A DNA stretch of 64,000 bases from Octopus sinensis. Its lineage: Eukaryota. The position numbers and the translations under genes are program-made. The first letter of the stretch is position 1, and every line of letters begins with the position of its first letter. Positions 12,633 to 25,953 of the stretch are shown piece by piece. The notes under the pieces are model-generated. The model saw nothing but the letters and a program-made list of their open reading frames with translations. It searched no databases and had not been told where the DNA came from. The DNA is taken from NCBI RefSeq assembly GCF_006345805.1, contig NC_043018.1, forward strand, positions 14,136,001 through 14,200,000, given 5' to 3'.

Positions 12633-13079
12633 GCAATAAACACCAAACAATAGGAACAACAACGACAACAATAACTAAAACGGCAACATCGTCAGCAACG
12701 AGCACAGCAACAATATCGACAACAACACCAACAACTACGACAAAAACCAACTACAACAACAATAACAACACCAACGTTTCTAACCACAGCAGCAGCAGCA
12801 GCAACAGGGAAGCTTAACTGAATTAGTGAACATCATTACAAACGCCATTTGGAGCAAGGAAGAGACCAACCTAATAATTATGTCTCTGTGTTCGCTTTGT
12901 GCTCCTGGAGCATAAACCAGTTTTGCTGATTTCAGAGTCTCTAGGGGGTGGATGTTGTCTGGACCGTAAAAGTAGGATAGAAATTAACTTAGATCACTGC
13001 AATTCTACACAGCGGTATTGAAATGATATCAAACGTTGTGGTGGGTATAAATAGGAATACATGTGTTTCTGGGTGTCAA

Positions 13080-13190
13080 TTTGTGTGTGTGTGTGTGCGC
13101 ACGAGGTGCATTTATATATATATATATACGATATATATGTATGTGCGATTATGAACATATACACATACATATATATAACATATATATATA

Positions 13191-13241
<51 letters not shown>

Positions 13242-13371
13242 CATATGTATGTATGTACACATACATACATATATATATATATATAATATAATGTGCGCAC
13301 CTTAACAACATAACCAACTGACCAACTTCCTCTACTAACAACATAAAAAGCGGCGCGACATATATACATAC

Positions 13372-13404
<33 letters not shown>

Positions 13405-13415
13405 ATATATATATT

Positions 13416-13455
<40 letters not shown>

Positions 13456-13602
13456 TGAATATATATGCATATATGTATATATACATGTGTGTATATATAT
13501 GTATAAATATACAGAGATGTATGTGTGTCTGGTATATGTATATATATGTACGCATGTATATATAGAATACAGAACGTAGACATACGCTGATTGCTCACAC
13601 TC

Positions 13603-13651
<49 letters not shown>

Positions 13652-13693
13652 CTGATACATACATATATACATATATGCATATATATATATACA

Positions 13694-13770
<77 letters not shown>

Positions 13771-13901
13771 GAGAGAGAGAGGGGGAGAGAGAAAGAGAGA
13801 GAGATTTCTGTATGTAATTATGCGTTGATGTATAAATCTGGCTGTATATATTTACGTATATATTTGTATGTATATATGCACATATTTGTATATGTATATT
13901 T

Positions 13902-13978
<77 letters not shown>

Positions 13979-14060
13979 GCACATATATATACATATACGC
14001 ACATACGTACATCCCTACGTATATGTATATGACGTATATCTGTCTGTATATATATATGTA
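13080..14060. repeat. (TA)n/(TG)n compound microsatellite field
   Basis: Direct reading. Confidence 0.95.
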
Positions 14061-14911
14061 TCCATCTTTGATATAACATTGTTATGCATTTTTCTGCTCG
14101 GTATTTTTTCTTTTCTAATCTATTTTTTGTAAATCTATTTCCTGTAAATCACTTTTTTCACTGGTTTTATTTTTCACCTCTGTTTCTTTCATTTCTTTTT
14201 GTTTTGTTTTTTTTTTGTTTTTTTCTTATTATTTTCATGGAAGTTTTTTTTTTTCCAGACCAAAACGTTTCTTTGTGATTTTTGGCAGCCATGTTGACTT
14301 ATTTTCATTGCCGCTTTTCGCAGTAGTTACTGCGAATTCATTGGTAATGGCTGTGAAGGGAATTGCACGTTTGCTATTGCTGTTGTTGTTGTTGTAGTGG
14401 TGGTAATGGTGGTGGTTGTGGTGGTGGTGGTGGTGGTGGTAGTGGTGGTGGTGGTGGTAGTGGTGGTTATTGCTATTGCTGTTGTTGTTTTTGTTGGTGT
14501 TGTTGTTGATGATGATAATGGTGATATTGATGATGGTGATATTGACGATGATGATGATGATATTGGTGGTGGTGATGGTGGTGGTGATTGTGGTGGTGAT
14601 GGTGATGATGATGATGACGGACGACGACGATGATGATTATGATTGTGGGTGTTGTTGATGATGATCCTTGTTACGATGGATGATGACGACGACGACGATG
14701 CCGTCGTTTAGCTCCGGTCAGCCAAGCTCTGTCAGACTGGCCAATGTTTAAAAGCATTCTCACGGCGTCTCTTCTGGTTTATTTCGGTGTGATTTGATCT
14801 GGACGCTATTTAGGAGCACCGACGGCAATGGCTGTCTGGTTAAGGAGAGAGAGAGAGGGGGAGGGAGGGAGGGAGGGGGTGGATTGCTGGCATAGACGAA
14901 CGACTGGATGA

Positions 14912-16450
14912 ATGGATGGATGGGAAAATGGATGGATGGATGGATGGATGAGTGGATACATGGATGGCGGACGGACGGACGGACGGTGGATGGATGGATG
15001 GATGGACGGACAGAAGGATAGATGGATGGATGGATGGATGGACGGACGGACGGGCTGACGGACGGACGGTGAATGGATGGATGGATGGATGGACGGACGG
15101 ACGGGCTGACAGACGGACGGTGAATGGATGGATGGATGGATGGATGGACGGACAGAAGGATAGATGGATGGATGGATGGACGGACGGACAGAAGGATAGA
15201 TGGATGGATGGATGGATGGACGGACGGACGGGCTGACGGACGAACGGTGAATGGATGGATGGATGGATGGATGGACGGACAGAAGGATAGATGGATGGAT
15301 GGATGGATGGACGGACAGAAGGATAGATGGATGGATGGATGGATGGATGGACGGACGGACGGACGGGCTGACGGACGGACGGACGGGCTGACGGACGGAC
15401 GGTGAATGGATGGATGGATGGATGGATGGACGGACAGAAGGATAGATGGATGGATGGATGGACGGACGGACAGAAGGATAGATGGATGGATGGATGGATG
15501 GACGGACGGACGGGCTGACGGACGGACGGTGAATGGATGGATGGATGGATGGATGGACGGACAGAAGGATAGATGGATGGATGGAAGGATGGACGGACGG
15601 ACGGCCTGACGGACGGACGGTGAATGGATGGATGGATGGATGGATGGACGGACAGAAGGATAGATGGATGGATGGATGGACGGACGGACAGAAGGATAGA
15701 TGGATGGATGGATGGATGGACGGACGGACGGGCTGACGGACGGACGGTGAATGGATTGATGGATGGATGGATGGACGGACAGAAGGATAGATGGATGGAT
15801 GGATGGATGGACGGACGGACGGGCTGACGGACGGACGGTGAATGGATGGATGGATGGATGGATGGATGGACGGACAGAAGGATAGATGGATGGATGGATG
15901 GACGGACGGACAGAAGGATAGATGGATGGATGGATGGATGGACGGACGGTGAATGGATGGATGGATGGATGGATGGACGGACAGAAGGATAGATGGATGG
16001 ATGGATGGATGGACGGATGGACGGGCTGACGGACGGACGGTGAATGGATGGATGGATGGATGGATGGACGGACAGAAGGATAGATGGATGGATGGATGGA
16101 TGGACGGACGGACGGGCTGACGGACGGACGGTGAATGGATGGATGGATGGATGGATAGACGGAGAGACAGACGGACGGACGGTTGGACGGATAGATGGAT
16201 GGATGGATGATGGATGAATGGATGTATGGACAGATGGACGGACGGACAGATGGATGGATGGATGGACGGACGGACGGACGGGCTGACGGACGGATGGTAG
16301 ATGGATGGATGAATGAATGTATGAACAGATGGACGGACGGACAGAATGATTGACGGACTAACGGACGGGTGGATGGATGGATGGATGGATGGATGGATGG
16401 ATGGACGGACGGATAAGCTGACATACACCAGATGGATGGATGTATGGATG
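14912..16450. repeat. (GGAT/GGAC)n array with higher-order repeat organisation
   Basis: Recurrent marker modules ACAGAAGGATAGAT, GGGCTGAC and GGTGAAT among GGAT/GGAC runs. Confidence 0.95.
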
Positions 16451-17133
16451 GATGGGGAGGTAGTTGATATAATTGATTGTTCCCTCCCACAACAAAACGT
16501 ACCTGTTTTGCTCGTTGGAAATCAAAGATGATAAAAGAACCAACGCAGTAAATTGTCAGAATCTTTAATTGTGGTATTAAATTATGGCTTCTTAACTTTG
16601 GAATTCCAATCAAATCCTGAAAATGGCCAACTTTCTCTTTCATCATCGCAGGGGGAAGCGAAATAAAGGGCAGGGTTCGATCGATTTAATCGTTCTTTCT
16701 CTTAGAAATCAATAAATATCCCATTTTTTTTTAAAACTGACTTTAAATTCTGCCAACGTAAACTGGTGGTGGTGGTGATGGTGGTGGTGGTGGTGGTGGT
16801 GGTTACTTGGTGATTGTAGTTGTGGTGGTGGTGGTGATAGTTGTGTAGGTAGTGGAGATAGTGTTGGCGATGGTGGTGCTAGTCGTCGTCGTCGTAGTCA
16901 TCGCTGTCGTTGTTGGTGTGGGTGTTGATGTTTGTCAGTTTTTTAGTTGAGTTGATCTATGCTGAAAGACACTCTAGTCGTGACCACCACAACTTTTCTG
17001 TAACCGAACACTGGTTCTAGCACAAAATTATCCAGTATATCCCACTTATTATTATTTTTTTACAGGGTAGGTTAGATATAATTTGAGGGAGATTCGACAG
17101 TCGTTTTTAGCAGGTGAAATGATCCTGCTGAGC

Positions 17134-17200
17134 AGCGATTGCCAACATTTTCTGCACCACGGCTCGGTTGCATGTAAGATCATTTTTCCGCAGACCGAGG
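17134..17200. mobile_element. Possible hAT (Charlie-like) terminal fragment
   Basis: CAGCGATTGCCAACATTTTCTGCACCACGG...ATTTTTCCGCAGAC resembles the ends of hAT-Charlie MITEs. Confidence 0.35.
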
Positions 17201-18671
17201 AAAGAGACACATAACAAAGCACAATAAAACAGCATAATATAAAATTAAATTTTTACATATATAATATAATAAAACAGAGTTTGTTTGTTTGTGTGTGTGT
17301 GTGTGTGTGTGTAGTCAGTTCCTTAAGGATTCCAAAACTGAGTTGACGATTTTGACGTATGAGGTATCAAAAGATTCAGTAATCTTTCGGCTACCGAATA
17401 AAGTGTTTTTTGCACAACAACTCTTTTTCACCACAAAAATAACCTCGAAAACTAGGTTGGGGCGCACAATTTTAAGGGCTTTAGCTAAGGGGGCCAACTC
17501 TGCCTGAACAATTTTAAAATACATGGAGTTTTACCAGGGAGTGAAACTTCGAAGATATACGGTCAAATTTATTAGTATTATATATTAGATACTCTTTTAA
17601 TATGAAATATTTTTGTCTATGTTTTGTTTTACTCGGAGTTGCCTCTGATGTAGCAGACCCATCGCATAGTTCTTTTTCTTTTCTTTCTGAAATACTGTAA
17701 ATTTGTCTTTTTTCTTTTCTGTGTCTTTCTGTGATTCGGTGAAAGAGCCCGATAGAATAAGTATCAGGCTTAACAAAAATAATTGTTGGGCTCGATTTGT
17801 TCGACTAGAATTCTTCAATGCGGTGCCCTAGCATGGCCACAGACTGAAACAAGTAATACAAAAACAGCCAACAGACTGCGACAGTTCATAAAACAGAAAT
17901 AAGATTTTAAATTTCATTCTCTCCGTAGGGCCCGCTGGTTGGGTTGGGTTGGAGGCGCTGTAGAGGATTCTTCGCTCTTTCCGTGTAGAACGGTATTTAG
18001 TCAGGTCAATTTACCGTTCTGATTATCACCATACAGTGAATTCAGTATACTCGGCTATAGACTCGGATGAAGACGGTGCCTCAGCATGGCCAGAATTCAG
18101 TAATTGAAACCAATCACAGAATACAAGAATTGTTGAATACAAGAAGGAAATATAGAATGATAGCCCGATACTGATCGTTAAAAGCCACAAAGATATATTG
18201 TGTGTAAACAGATCGTTATATCGGAGGCGCTTTTTCAATAAATGATGAATTCTTAGCTGGCGTCAATGCGATATTTCTGACCTCTGGGTGATTTTAGTTT
18301 TTTTATATGAAATATTGAAACGAACCAAAAGACATTTTTTTAACAGCCAAACATTTACGTAAGTTTCTGGAGACTTCTGATTAAATCGATAGTTATTTTG
18401 ACGGGTAGCACATGTGTGTGTGGTGTGTGTGTGTGTGTGTGTGTGTGTGAAGTGTGTGTGTGTGTGTGTGTGTGCAGGAAACGTTCAACGAAACGAAAGA
18501 AACATTGTCAGATTTTCCCGTGATGTCCTCAGCCTGATGCGCTTTTGATCAGATGTCAGAAGACAAGGCAGCCACCGAGTGAAAACTTTCATCAGACCAA
18601 GTTCATCGTGCAGAAAATTCTCAACTCTCTCGCGTTATATGCTAATAGCATTGGTTATTCGACTCTTCGTC

Positions 18672-18898
18672 GGCGAGCTGGCAGAAACGTTAGTACGCCG
18701 GGCGAAATGCTTAGCGGTATTTCGTCTGCGTTACGTTGTGAGTTCAAATTCCGCCGAGGTCGACTTTGCCTTTCATCCTTTCGGGGTCGATAAATTAAGT
18801 ACCAATTACGCACTGGGGTCGATGTAATCGACTTAATACCTATGTCTGTCCTTGTTTGTCCCCTCTGTGTTTAGCCCCTTGTGGGTAATAAAGAAATG
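18672..18898 (+). mobile_element. SINE family A inserted in the mariner
   Basis: Full head to tail; 19-bp TSD GGTTATTCGACTCTTCGTC at 18653-18671 and 18899-18917. Confidence 0.92.
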
Positions 18899-19117
18899 GG
18901 TTATTCGACTCTTCGTCAATCACCTGTCGGCCATCCGCATTTGTTGAACACGATCAATGTTTTCGTCGGTGGTTTTGTAGTTGCAGGGCCTCCGGACCTC
19001 GGATCATCTTCAAGACTCTCCATTCCCTTCCTAAATTCAGTTACCCACTTTTGCACTGTTGATAAAGCTGGCGTATCATCCCCTGATGTAGCAGCCATGT
19101 CAGCATGAATGCTGTTG

Positions 19118-19317
19118 TTGTTGTTGTTGTTAAGCAACAAGACAGGTAAGGGTGATTAGGTGATGGCCTAGGGCTTAGGGGAGACCCCAGACCTTGGAAA
19201 AAAAAACTTCGGTCGTCTTGTTGTAGTCGAGGGCTCTTCGTTGACGCCCGACACCACTGGGAGGTGGCCCTCGAAGTCGCTGGAAATGAAGATCACCAGG
19301 TCCAAATTCTTGAACGG
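19118..19317 (-). mobile_element. About 200-bp (AAC)n-tailed retroposon with no obvious tRNA head
   Basis: 17-bp TSD CAGCA(T/G)GAATGCTGTTG at 19101-19117 and 19318-19334; second copy at 45610-45808. Confidence 0.8.
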
Positions 19318-19694
19318 CAGCAGGAATGCTGTTGGGGGTGGGGGCTTATCCGTTTTACTGCAGGAACTTGATAACATCCACGATGCCAAGTTTTGTCCAT
19401 TTTCAAGAGAACTTGCTACAAGTTACCTTTGAAGTTTCCTTTGAACAATCAGATGTCAGTTTGCCTGGAAATAAACAACGCAGTTATTAACAAGCAGAGC
19501 TGAATTTTATCCATACAAGATTTCACATCTCTAGTATCACTCTTTCATAGTCAGCCTATTAACCTTTCAGCCCACCCTCGTACATTTATATATATGGGTG
19601 TGTGTGGGTGTGTGGGGGTGTTTGTGTCTGTCTGTTTGTCTGTGTTTGTGTGTGCGCACCTGTGTATAATAGATATATTTATATCTCTTTTTTT

Positions 19695-20102
19695 TTACGT
19701 GTTTCAGTCTTGTGACTGAAGCACCGTTGGAGCACCGAATTTAGTTGAGCGGATCGACCCCAGGACTTATTCTTTGTAAGCCTAGTACTTATTCTATCGG
19801 GCTCTTTTACCGAGCCGCTAAGTCACGGGGACATAAACACACCAGCATCGGTTGTAAAGCGATGTTTGGGGGACAGACACGGACACAAACATACACACAC
19901 ACATGCATATATATACATAAATATATATACATATATAGGTCGGGCTTCTTTCAGTTTCCGATTACCAAATCAACTCACAAGGCTTTGGTCGGTCCGAGGC
20001 TATAGTAGAAGAAACTCGCCTAAGGTTCCACATAGTGGGACTGAACCCGGAACCATGTGGTTCGTAAGCAAGCTACTTACCACACAGCCACTCTTACGCC
20101 TA
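19695..20102 (-). mobile_element. SINE family C (tRNA-like head, internal TA/TG microsatellite)
   Basis: Head GGCTGTGTGGTAAGTAGCTTGCTT..GGTTCAGTCCCAC; tail GACTGAAACA; further copies at 21722-21886, 24788-25245, 53100-53510, 62807-63240 (all -) and 39850-40055, 46620-46950, 63598-63992 (all +). Confidence 0.85.
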
Positions 20103-20784
20103 TCTGCATATAAAATGTACGAGTGTGTATAACACTATCGCCTCGAGTAGTCGTGGAATAATGTAATCTTAGACGTTACCTAAAAAAATGAGGTGGTCAA
20201 GGCTGGAGTGACAGCTCATAGACATCCCAGCCATTTGAAATTTTTCGTATGTGATGTTGTAATCCCATTTGGTTTCCATAAAATATTGATAAAAATACAT
20301 GTCGCGTAGTTCGAATTTTATGTGGATGTTTAAATTTTTAAAGAAATTTAATGAAATGCTAACTAAATCATTCTGAAACAGAAAAGTGAAAATGAATGAT
20401 AAAGGATGAAGCAGAATGGTGATTCTGGTTCCACAACCGTCTTTGATGGTGTTTATAGAAATAGCAATTTCTCTTGCTTATGGCTGCAGTCTGAATCAGT
20501 GTCATGTGAAAAGGAAGATGCAGAAAGTAGAGCCAACCTCTAAATTGGTTGAAACGAGAGAAAATAGGAAAGTAGTAGTAAAGGTTATTGAATGACTGAA
20601 TAATATATATAGCTTTCAATGAAATTTGCATAGAATTAATATTATAAACCCTCCAGCTACAGTTCTAGTGTTCAGACGCTCTTAATGTTCAAGTACTTTT
20701 AAGACGTCAGTTTGTTGCGAATATGAAATTTTCCTGAATCTTAAAGAAATGGCTCCAGAATGGGAAAGATAAATAATAGTTTCA

Positions 20785-20980
20785 AATTTTGGTACGAGGC
20801 CATCAATTCTGAGGGCGAGGGAAAGTCGATTATCTCGACCCCAGTGTTCAAATGGTACTTATTTTATCGACCCCGAAGAGATGAAAAGCAAAGTCGATCT
20901 CGGTAGAAATTGAACTCAGAACGTAAAGACGGATGAGATATCGCTAAGTATTTTATCCGGCGTACAACGATTCCCAAGCT
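20785..20980 (-). mobile_element. SINE family A, diverged
   Basis: Body and head motifs on the minus strand. Confidence 0.75.
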
Positions 20981-21454
20981 CACTGTTTGGGAAAGGTATA
21001 TAATGAATGAAACAACACGTAGCGTATTGAATTAAAGGAAAAATACTCTTGGAAAGTGCACTGTGTTTTCATTGGTGCCTGATTTGGTTTTCCGTGTTAT
21101 TATTGTTGTCAGTCTTCGAAAAAAAAAAAAAAAAAAGAAATGTAATGCTCGCTTTCTTCCTCTCTTTTGATGTCGCCTGGTCAGAAGGTCGAGGTACGTA
21201 GCATTTGATAAATCTATTTTAATGGAGAGTTGCGCTGATGAAAGATATGAAATATATATTCATTATATTTCTAATCTAGAAACATGTTCGCAAATGACCG
21301 TTAGACTTTGTTTTCGTTATTTATTCCTTCTGTTTTGCATATGAGAATTACAGGGATATGTCGTATGTGGAGTCCCATTTGTAGAAAATAGAAATAAACA
21401 GTCTATGACTGCTATTTCTAATTTTTTCGGTATGCGGCCAAGCAACCTGTTGCC

Positions 21455-21521
<67 letters not shown>

Positions 21522-21531
21522 TAGATAGATA

Positions 21532-21573
<42 letters not shown>

Positions 21574-21608
21574 TGATAGATAGATAGATGATAGATAGAT
21601 AGATAGAT

Positions 21609-21643
<35 letters not shown>

Positions 21644-22021
21644 TGATAGATAGATAGATTGATAGATAGATAGATGGATATCTATACATACAGAATAGAC
21701 ATGCAGAAAACAGACAGATAGATAGATATGCGACGGGTTTCTTTCAGTTTCCATCTACCAAATCCACTCGCAAAGCTTTGGTTGACTCGAGGCTATAGTA
21801 GAAGACACTTGCCCAAGATGCCATGCAGTGGGAATGAACCCGGAACCATGTGGTTGGGATGCAAGCTTATTACATACAGCCACACCTAGAAAGAGAGAGA
21901 TAGTGAGAAGAAAGAAGGGGACGAAGAGAAAGGGAGGCGAGAGAGAGATGTATATCTATACAGAGATAGGTGGACAGATAGATAGATAGGTAGACAGATA
22001 GATAGATAGGTAGACAGATAA

Positions 22022-22089
<68 letters not shown>

Positions 22090-22097
22090 GTGGACAA

Positions 22098-22153
<56 letters not shown>

Positions 22154-22774
22154 GTAGATATCTGGAAGCCCTGCGGACTCTCTAGAAAAGACATAAAATT
22201 GCCCATTGTGAATATTGCTTTTGGTAAATATAAAGCAATCTTCTCAAAATGTTTGCCCTTGCGGATTTTTAATTGTCATTGCCATTATTAATTTGTAAGA
22301 AATTGTTGTCTAATCGATGTAAATGGTAACTATTCACTGATTGAAGAAAAGGTGACTCGTGGTATAAACATAGTTTTTCTGTGATGTGTGGCCTTCTGTC
22401 ATAATTTTTACCTTAATGAGTATTACTTAAATATTTTGAATAATTTAGTTATTCAAATATTTTGAATAACTAAATTTGTCTGGTTACACATGCCATTAGC
22501 TTAGTCAATTGGACGTAGGAGGATAATTATGGCATTAGTATATCATTTCAATATGTATAATGGGAAATGTGAAACAGTTTAAGTACTCTGTAGTGAATTC
22601 TGAAGAATTGTCCTGATGTGAACATTGATCATGACGAAGCGGAACATTCTCTTTATCCTGAAATAATTTATTAGTTTTCAGTGAAGTCAACATCAATATT
22701 TTTTTATGTTTAAACAGCAAGTTTTGATTGTTTTTCTGGCTTTACAGTGATATTCCTATAAAATAAATTCTTTT

Positions 22775-23118
22775 CTGCTCTAGGCACAAGGCCAGAAATT
22801 TTGGGGGTGGGGGCCAGTCGGTTAGATCGACCCAGTAAGCAACTGGTACTTAATTTATCGATTCCGAAAGGATGAAAGGCAAAGTTGACCTCGGCGGAAT
22901 TTGAACTCAGAACCTAAAGACAGACGAAATACCCATTTCTTTGCTATCCTCAAGGGGCTAAACACAGAGAGGTACAAACAAGGACAGACAAAGGGATTAA
23001 GTCGATTATATCGACCCCAGTGCGTAACTGGTACTTATATAATCGATCCCAAAGTCGACCTCGGCGGAATTTGAACTCAGAGCGTAACGGCAGACAGAAT
23101 ACCGCTAAGCGTTTCGCC
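22775..23118 (-). mobile_element. Tandem dimer of SINE family A
   Basis: Two bodies joined at CAGACGAAATACC|CATTTCTTTG. Confidence 0.8.
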
Positions 23119-23124
23119 TTCTGT

Positions 23125-23428
23125 GGAGGCGCAATGGCCCAGTGATTAGGGCTGCGGGCTCGCGGTCGGAAGATCGCGGTTTCGATTCCCAGACCGGGCG
23201 TTGTGTGTGCTTATTGAGCGAAAACACCTAAAAGCTCCACGACGCTCCGGCAGGGGGTGGTGGAGACCCCTGTTGTACTCTTTCGCCACAACTTTCTCTC
23301 GCTCTCTCTTCCTGTTTCTTGAGTAACGCTGCAATGGACTGGCGTCCCGTCCAGCTGGGGGGAACACATACGCCACAGAAACCGGGAAACCGGGCCCATG
23401 AGCCTGACTAGGCTTGAAAAGGGCGATG
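23125..23428 (+). mobile_element. SINE family B (head GGAGGCGCAATGGCCCAGTG), tail type iii
   Basis: A and B boxes TGGCCCAGTG and GGTTTCGATTCC; tail ...GAAACCGGGAAACCGGGCCCATGAG shared with 24075-24315. Confidence 0.85.
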
Positions 23429-24074
23429 TTTTCGCCTTCTATAAAAGAATTTCTGAGAAAATGAGGTCATTGAAATTATAACCGTAGTTACATCCCTGGG
23501 GTATATTTTCACTGTTTTCTACTACTACAGACCAACTTCCTACATAGAATGAATTTGTTGAACTTAATTTCTTCATTCTGATCTACTGGATCTGTGCATA
23601 GGATTTTAACCACATGCTTCTTGTAAGTTGCTATATATTTTTTACATGTTTTTATTAAGAATTATTGAAACCACTTTCTACATTTTTTTTATTTAAAATA
23701 ATTATTTTAGCCAGATACTCATTAGAATGAAATAATTTTCTAGTCAATTCAAGTTTTTAATAATATTTCATTTCTTTCTTTCTCTCTTATCAAGAAATAT
23801 AGAGTAAAAGAATGACACTTCTAAATTTCTGAGATTGAAAAGATATTTTCAATAAATGTAGAAGTATATAAATTTTGGCTCGAATTTTTTTTAAGGTTTA
23901 TGTAAAATTTCATTTATCTGTGGGTCCTAAGGTGCTGTTTGGTTGGAGTTTCTAATAGGTTCAGTGACCATCTAAGTGCATATGACACCTTCTATGAGTC
24001 AGAAGACTCATCCGATGATAACTATATTAGAAGTTGAATACTGTCCATAATGTTTTTTTCTTTCTTTTCGCCCT

Positions 24075-24315
24075 TTTAAAGCCTATCAAGGCTCATGGGC
24101 CCGGTTTCCCGGTTTCTATGACGTATGCGTTCCCCAGCTGGATGGGACGACAGTCCATCACAGCGTTACTCATTTTTGCCAGCTGAGTGGACTGGAGCAA
24201 CGTGAAATGAAGTGTTTTGCTCAAGAACACAACGCGTCGCCCGGTCCAGGAATCGAAACAATAATCTTGCGATCATGATGCTGACACCCTTACCACTAAG
24301 CCACGCGCCTTCACA
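24075..24315 (-). mobile_element. SINE with family E head and tail type iii
   Basis: Head GTGAAGGCGCGTGGCTTAGTGGT..GTTTCGATTCC; tail homologous to 23320-23428. Confidence 0.75.
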
Positions 24316-25023
24316 TAGTGTTTAACAGCATAGTGAAAACATTAATCCCTTTAGGTGTTTTCTCCGATCCATAAATTAGATGATGCAGATAACGAAGTCA
24401 TATCCTGAGGGAAGCACCCCCTCTCTGTCTGTAAAGTAATCAGCGCGAAAGCCACGTGATTGACTGTTTACCATTCGCTTTATGATTGTAAAAATGCGTA
24501 TTATATTTTTATCTTGCTTTTCTTGGATAATCCATTTTACGCGATAAGAAGGATGCACCCAATGAGAAGATATATGATATCAATATGAAATTGTTTTGAT
24601 ATTTCATAATTTGCGTTTCGTACGCTTTTGAAACATATGTAGTGCGCAACATTCCTTTCATTCACGTATCTAACCATCAAAAGCAACGTAATTTGATTTC
24701 TTACTGGAATTGTGTAGAATCTGTCAGTTTATAAGGATTAGCTTATAATTTTGATTTAGGATCATGCGTGTTTGATATATTGATCTACTCTTTCACTTGT
24801 TTCAGTCATTTGACTGCGGCCATACTGGAGCACTGCCTTTAGTCGAGCAAATCGACCCCAGGACTTATACTTTGTAAGTCTACTACTTATTCTATCGGTC
24901 TTTTTTGCCGAATCGCTAAATTACGGGGACGTAAACACACCAACATCGATTGTCAAGCGATGCTGGGGGGGACAAGCACAGACACACAAACGTATATACA
25001 CACACGCACACATACACACACAT

Positions 25024-25062
<39 letters not shown>

Positions 25063-25731
25063 CATATATATACACATATATACGACGGGATTCTTTCAGT
25101 TTCCGTCTACAAAATCCACTCACAAGGCTTTGGTCGATCCGAGGCTATAATAGAAATACTTGCCCAAGGTGCCACGCAGTGGGACTGAACCAGGAACCAT
25201 GTGGTTGGTAAGCAAGCTACTTACCACACAGTCAGTCCTACACCTTTGATTAATAAATTTCATTGGTCAATTATAATTTTCTTTGGGTTTTCTATACAAA
25301 CCTTGCGTATGCTGGATGCTGAGCAACTGTTTTACTACTATCGATTGGCTCATACTATAGTGATGTCTGTGTATGTGTGTGTGTGTGCGTAAATGTGCAT
25401 GTCTGTGTGTGTGTCTGTGTGTGTGTGTGTGGTTGTATGTATGATTGCATCGTTTTGTCGACCAAGCTATCGGTTGCTGTTGTAGGACGCTAGTCACAAT
25501 GCGCTTTCTCACATTGTTGCGTGCTTTCGAATGAGGCGAACAGTCCGTCACGGGTTTGCCCATTTACCGCTAGGAGGACAGGAACAACCTGAAATGAAGT
25601 GTTTTGCTCAAGAAAGCAATGCACCTGCGAATTGAAACCACGATCTTGCGATCTTACGTGAGTGCGGCACTCTAACAACTAGTCTACACGCCTTCACACA
25701 CAAATATAAATATATATGTATGTATAATTAT

Positions 25732-25783
<52 letters not shown>

Positions 25784-25849
25784 ATATGTATGTATGCGTT
25801 TTGTATATATATATAATATATATATATAATATATATATATGTATGCGTG

Positions 25850-25884
<35 letters not shown>

Positions 25885-25919
25885 GCATATATACATATAT
25901 ATACATATTTACATATATA

Positions 25920-25953
<34 letters not shown>

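Larger units (their letters stand above)
18476..19580 (-). mobile_element. Mariner element (5' TIR plus N-terminal part of transposase), decayed and interrupted by two retroposons
   Basis: TIR CGAGGGTGGGCTGAAAGGTT next to TA at 19581; MDKTWHRG-VIKFLQ, IHADMAATSGDDTPALSTVQKWVTEFRKGMESLEDDPRSG, ERVENFLHDELGLMKVFTRWLP. Confidence 0.9.

Noticed and set aside
16490-16531. [11 protein letters not shown] resembling the small-GTPase G4 lead-in
   Set aside because: A stop follows immediately, there is no NKxD and no other GTPase motifs or splice context
14760-16646. 628-aa and 540-aa PSIH/PSVR ORFs, and MDGW-rich plus-strand ORFs reminiscent of reflectin MD motifs
   Set aside because: Direct translation of a tetranucleotide array; all frames give the same peptide and the reflectin motif spacing and aromatic content are absent
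17289-17524. Stretch open on both strands (about 70 aa each)
   Set aside because: No recognisable motif; more likely the interior of an unidentified repeat
23125-23200. tRNA-like sequences at SINE heads
   Set aside because: No complete cloverleaf or acceptor stem; they continue into SINE bodies, so they are not called tRNA genes
24010-24060. CCGATGA-T-AACT..AGTT-GAAT hammerhead-like string
   Set aside because: GAAA is broken and stems I and III do not form
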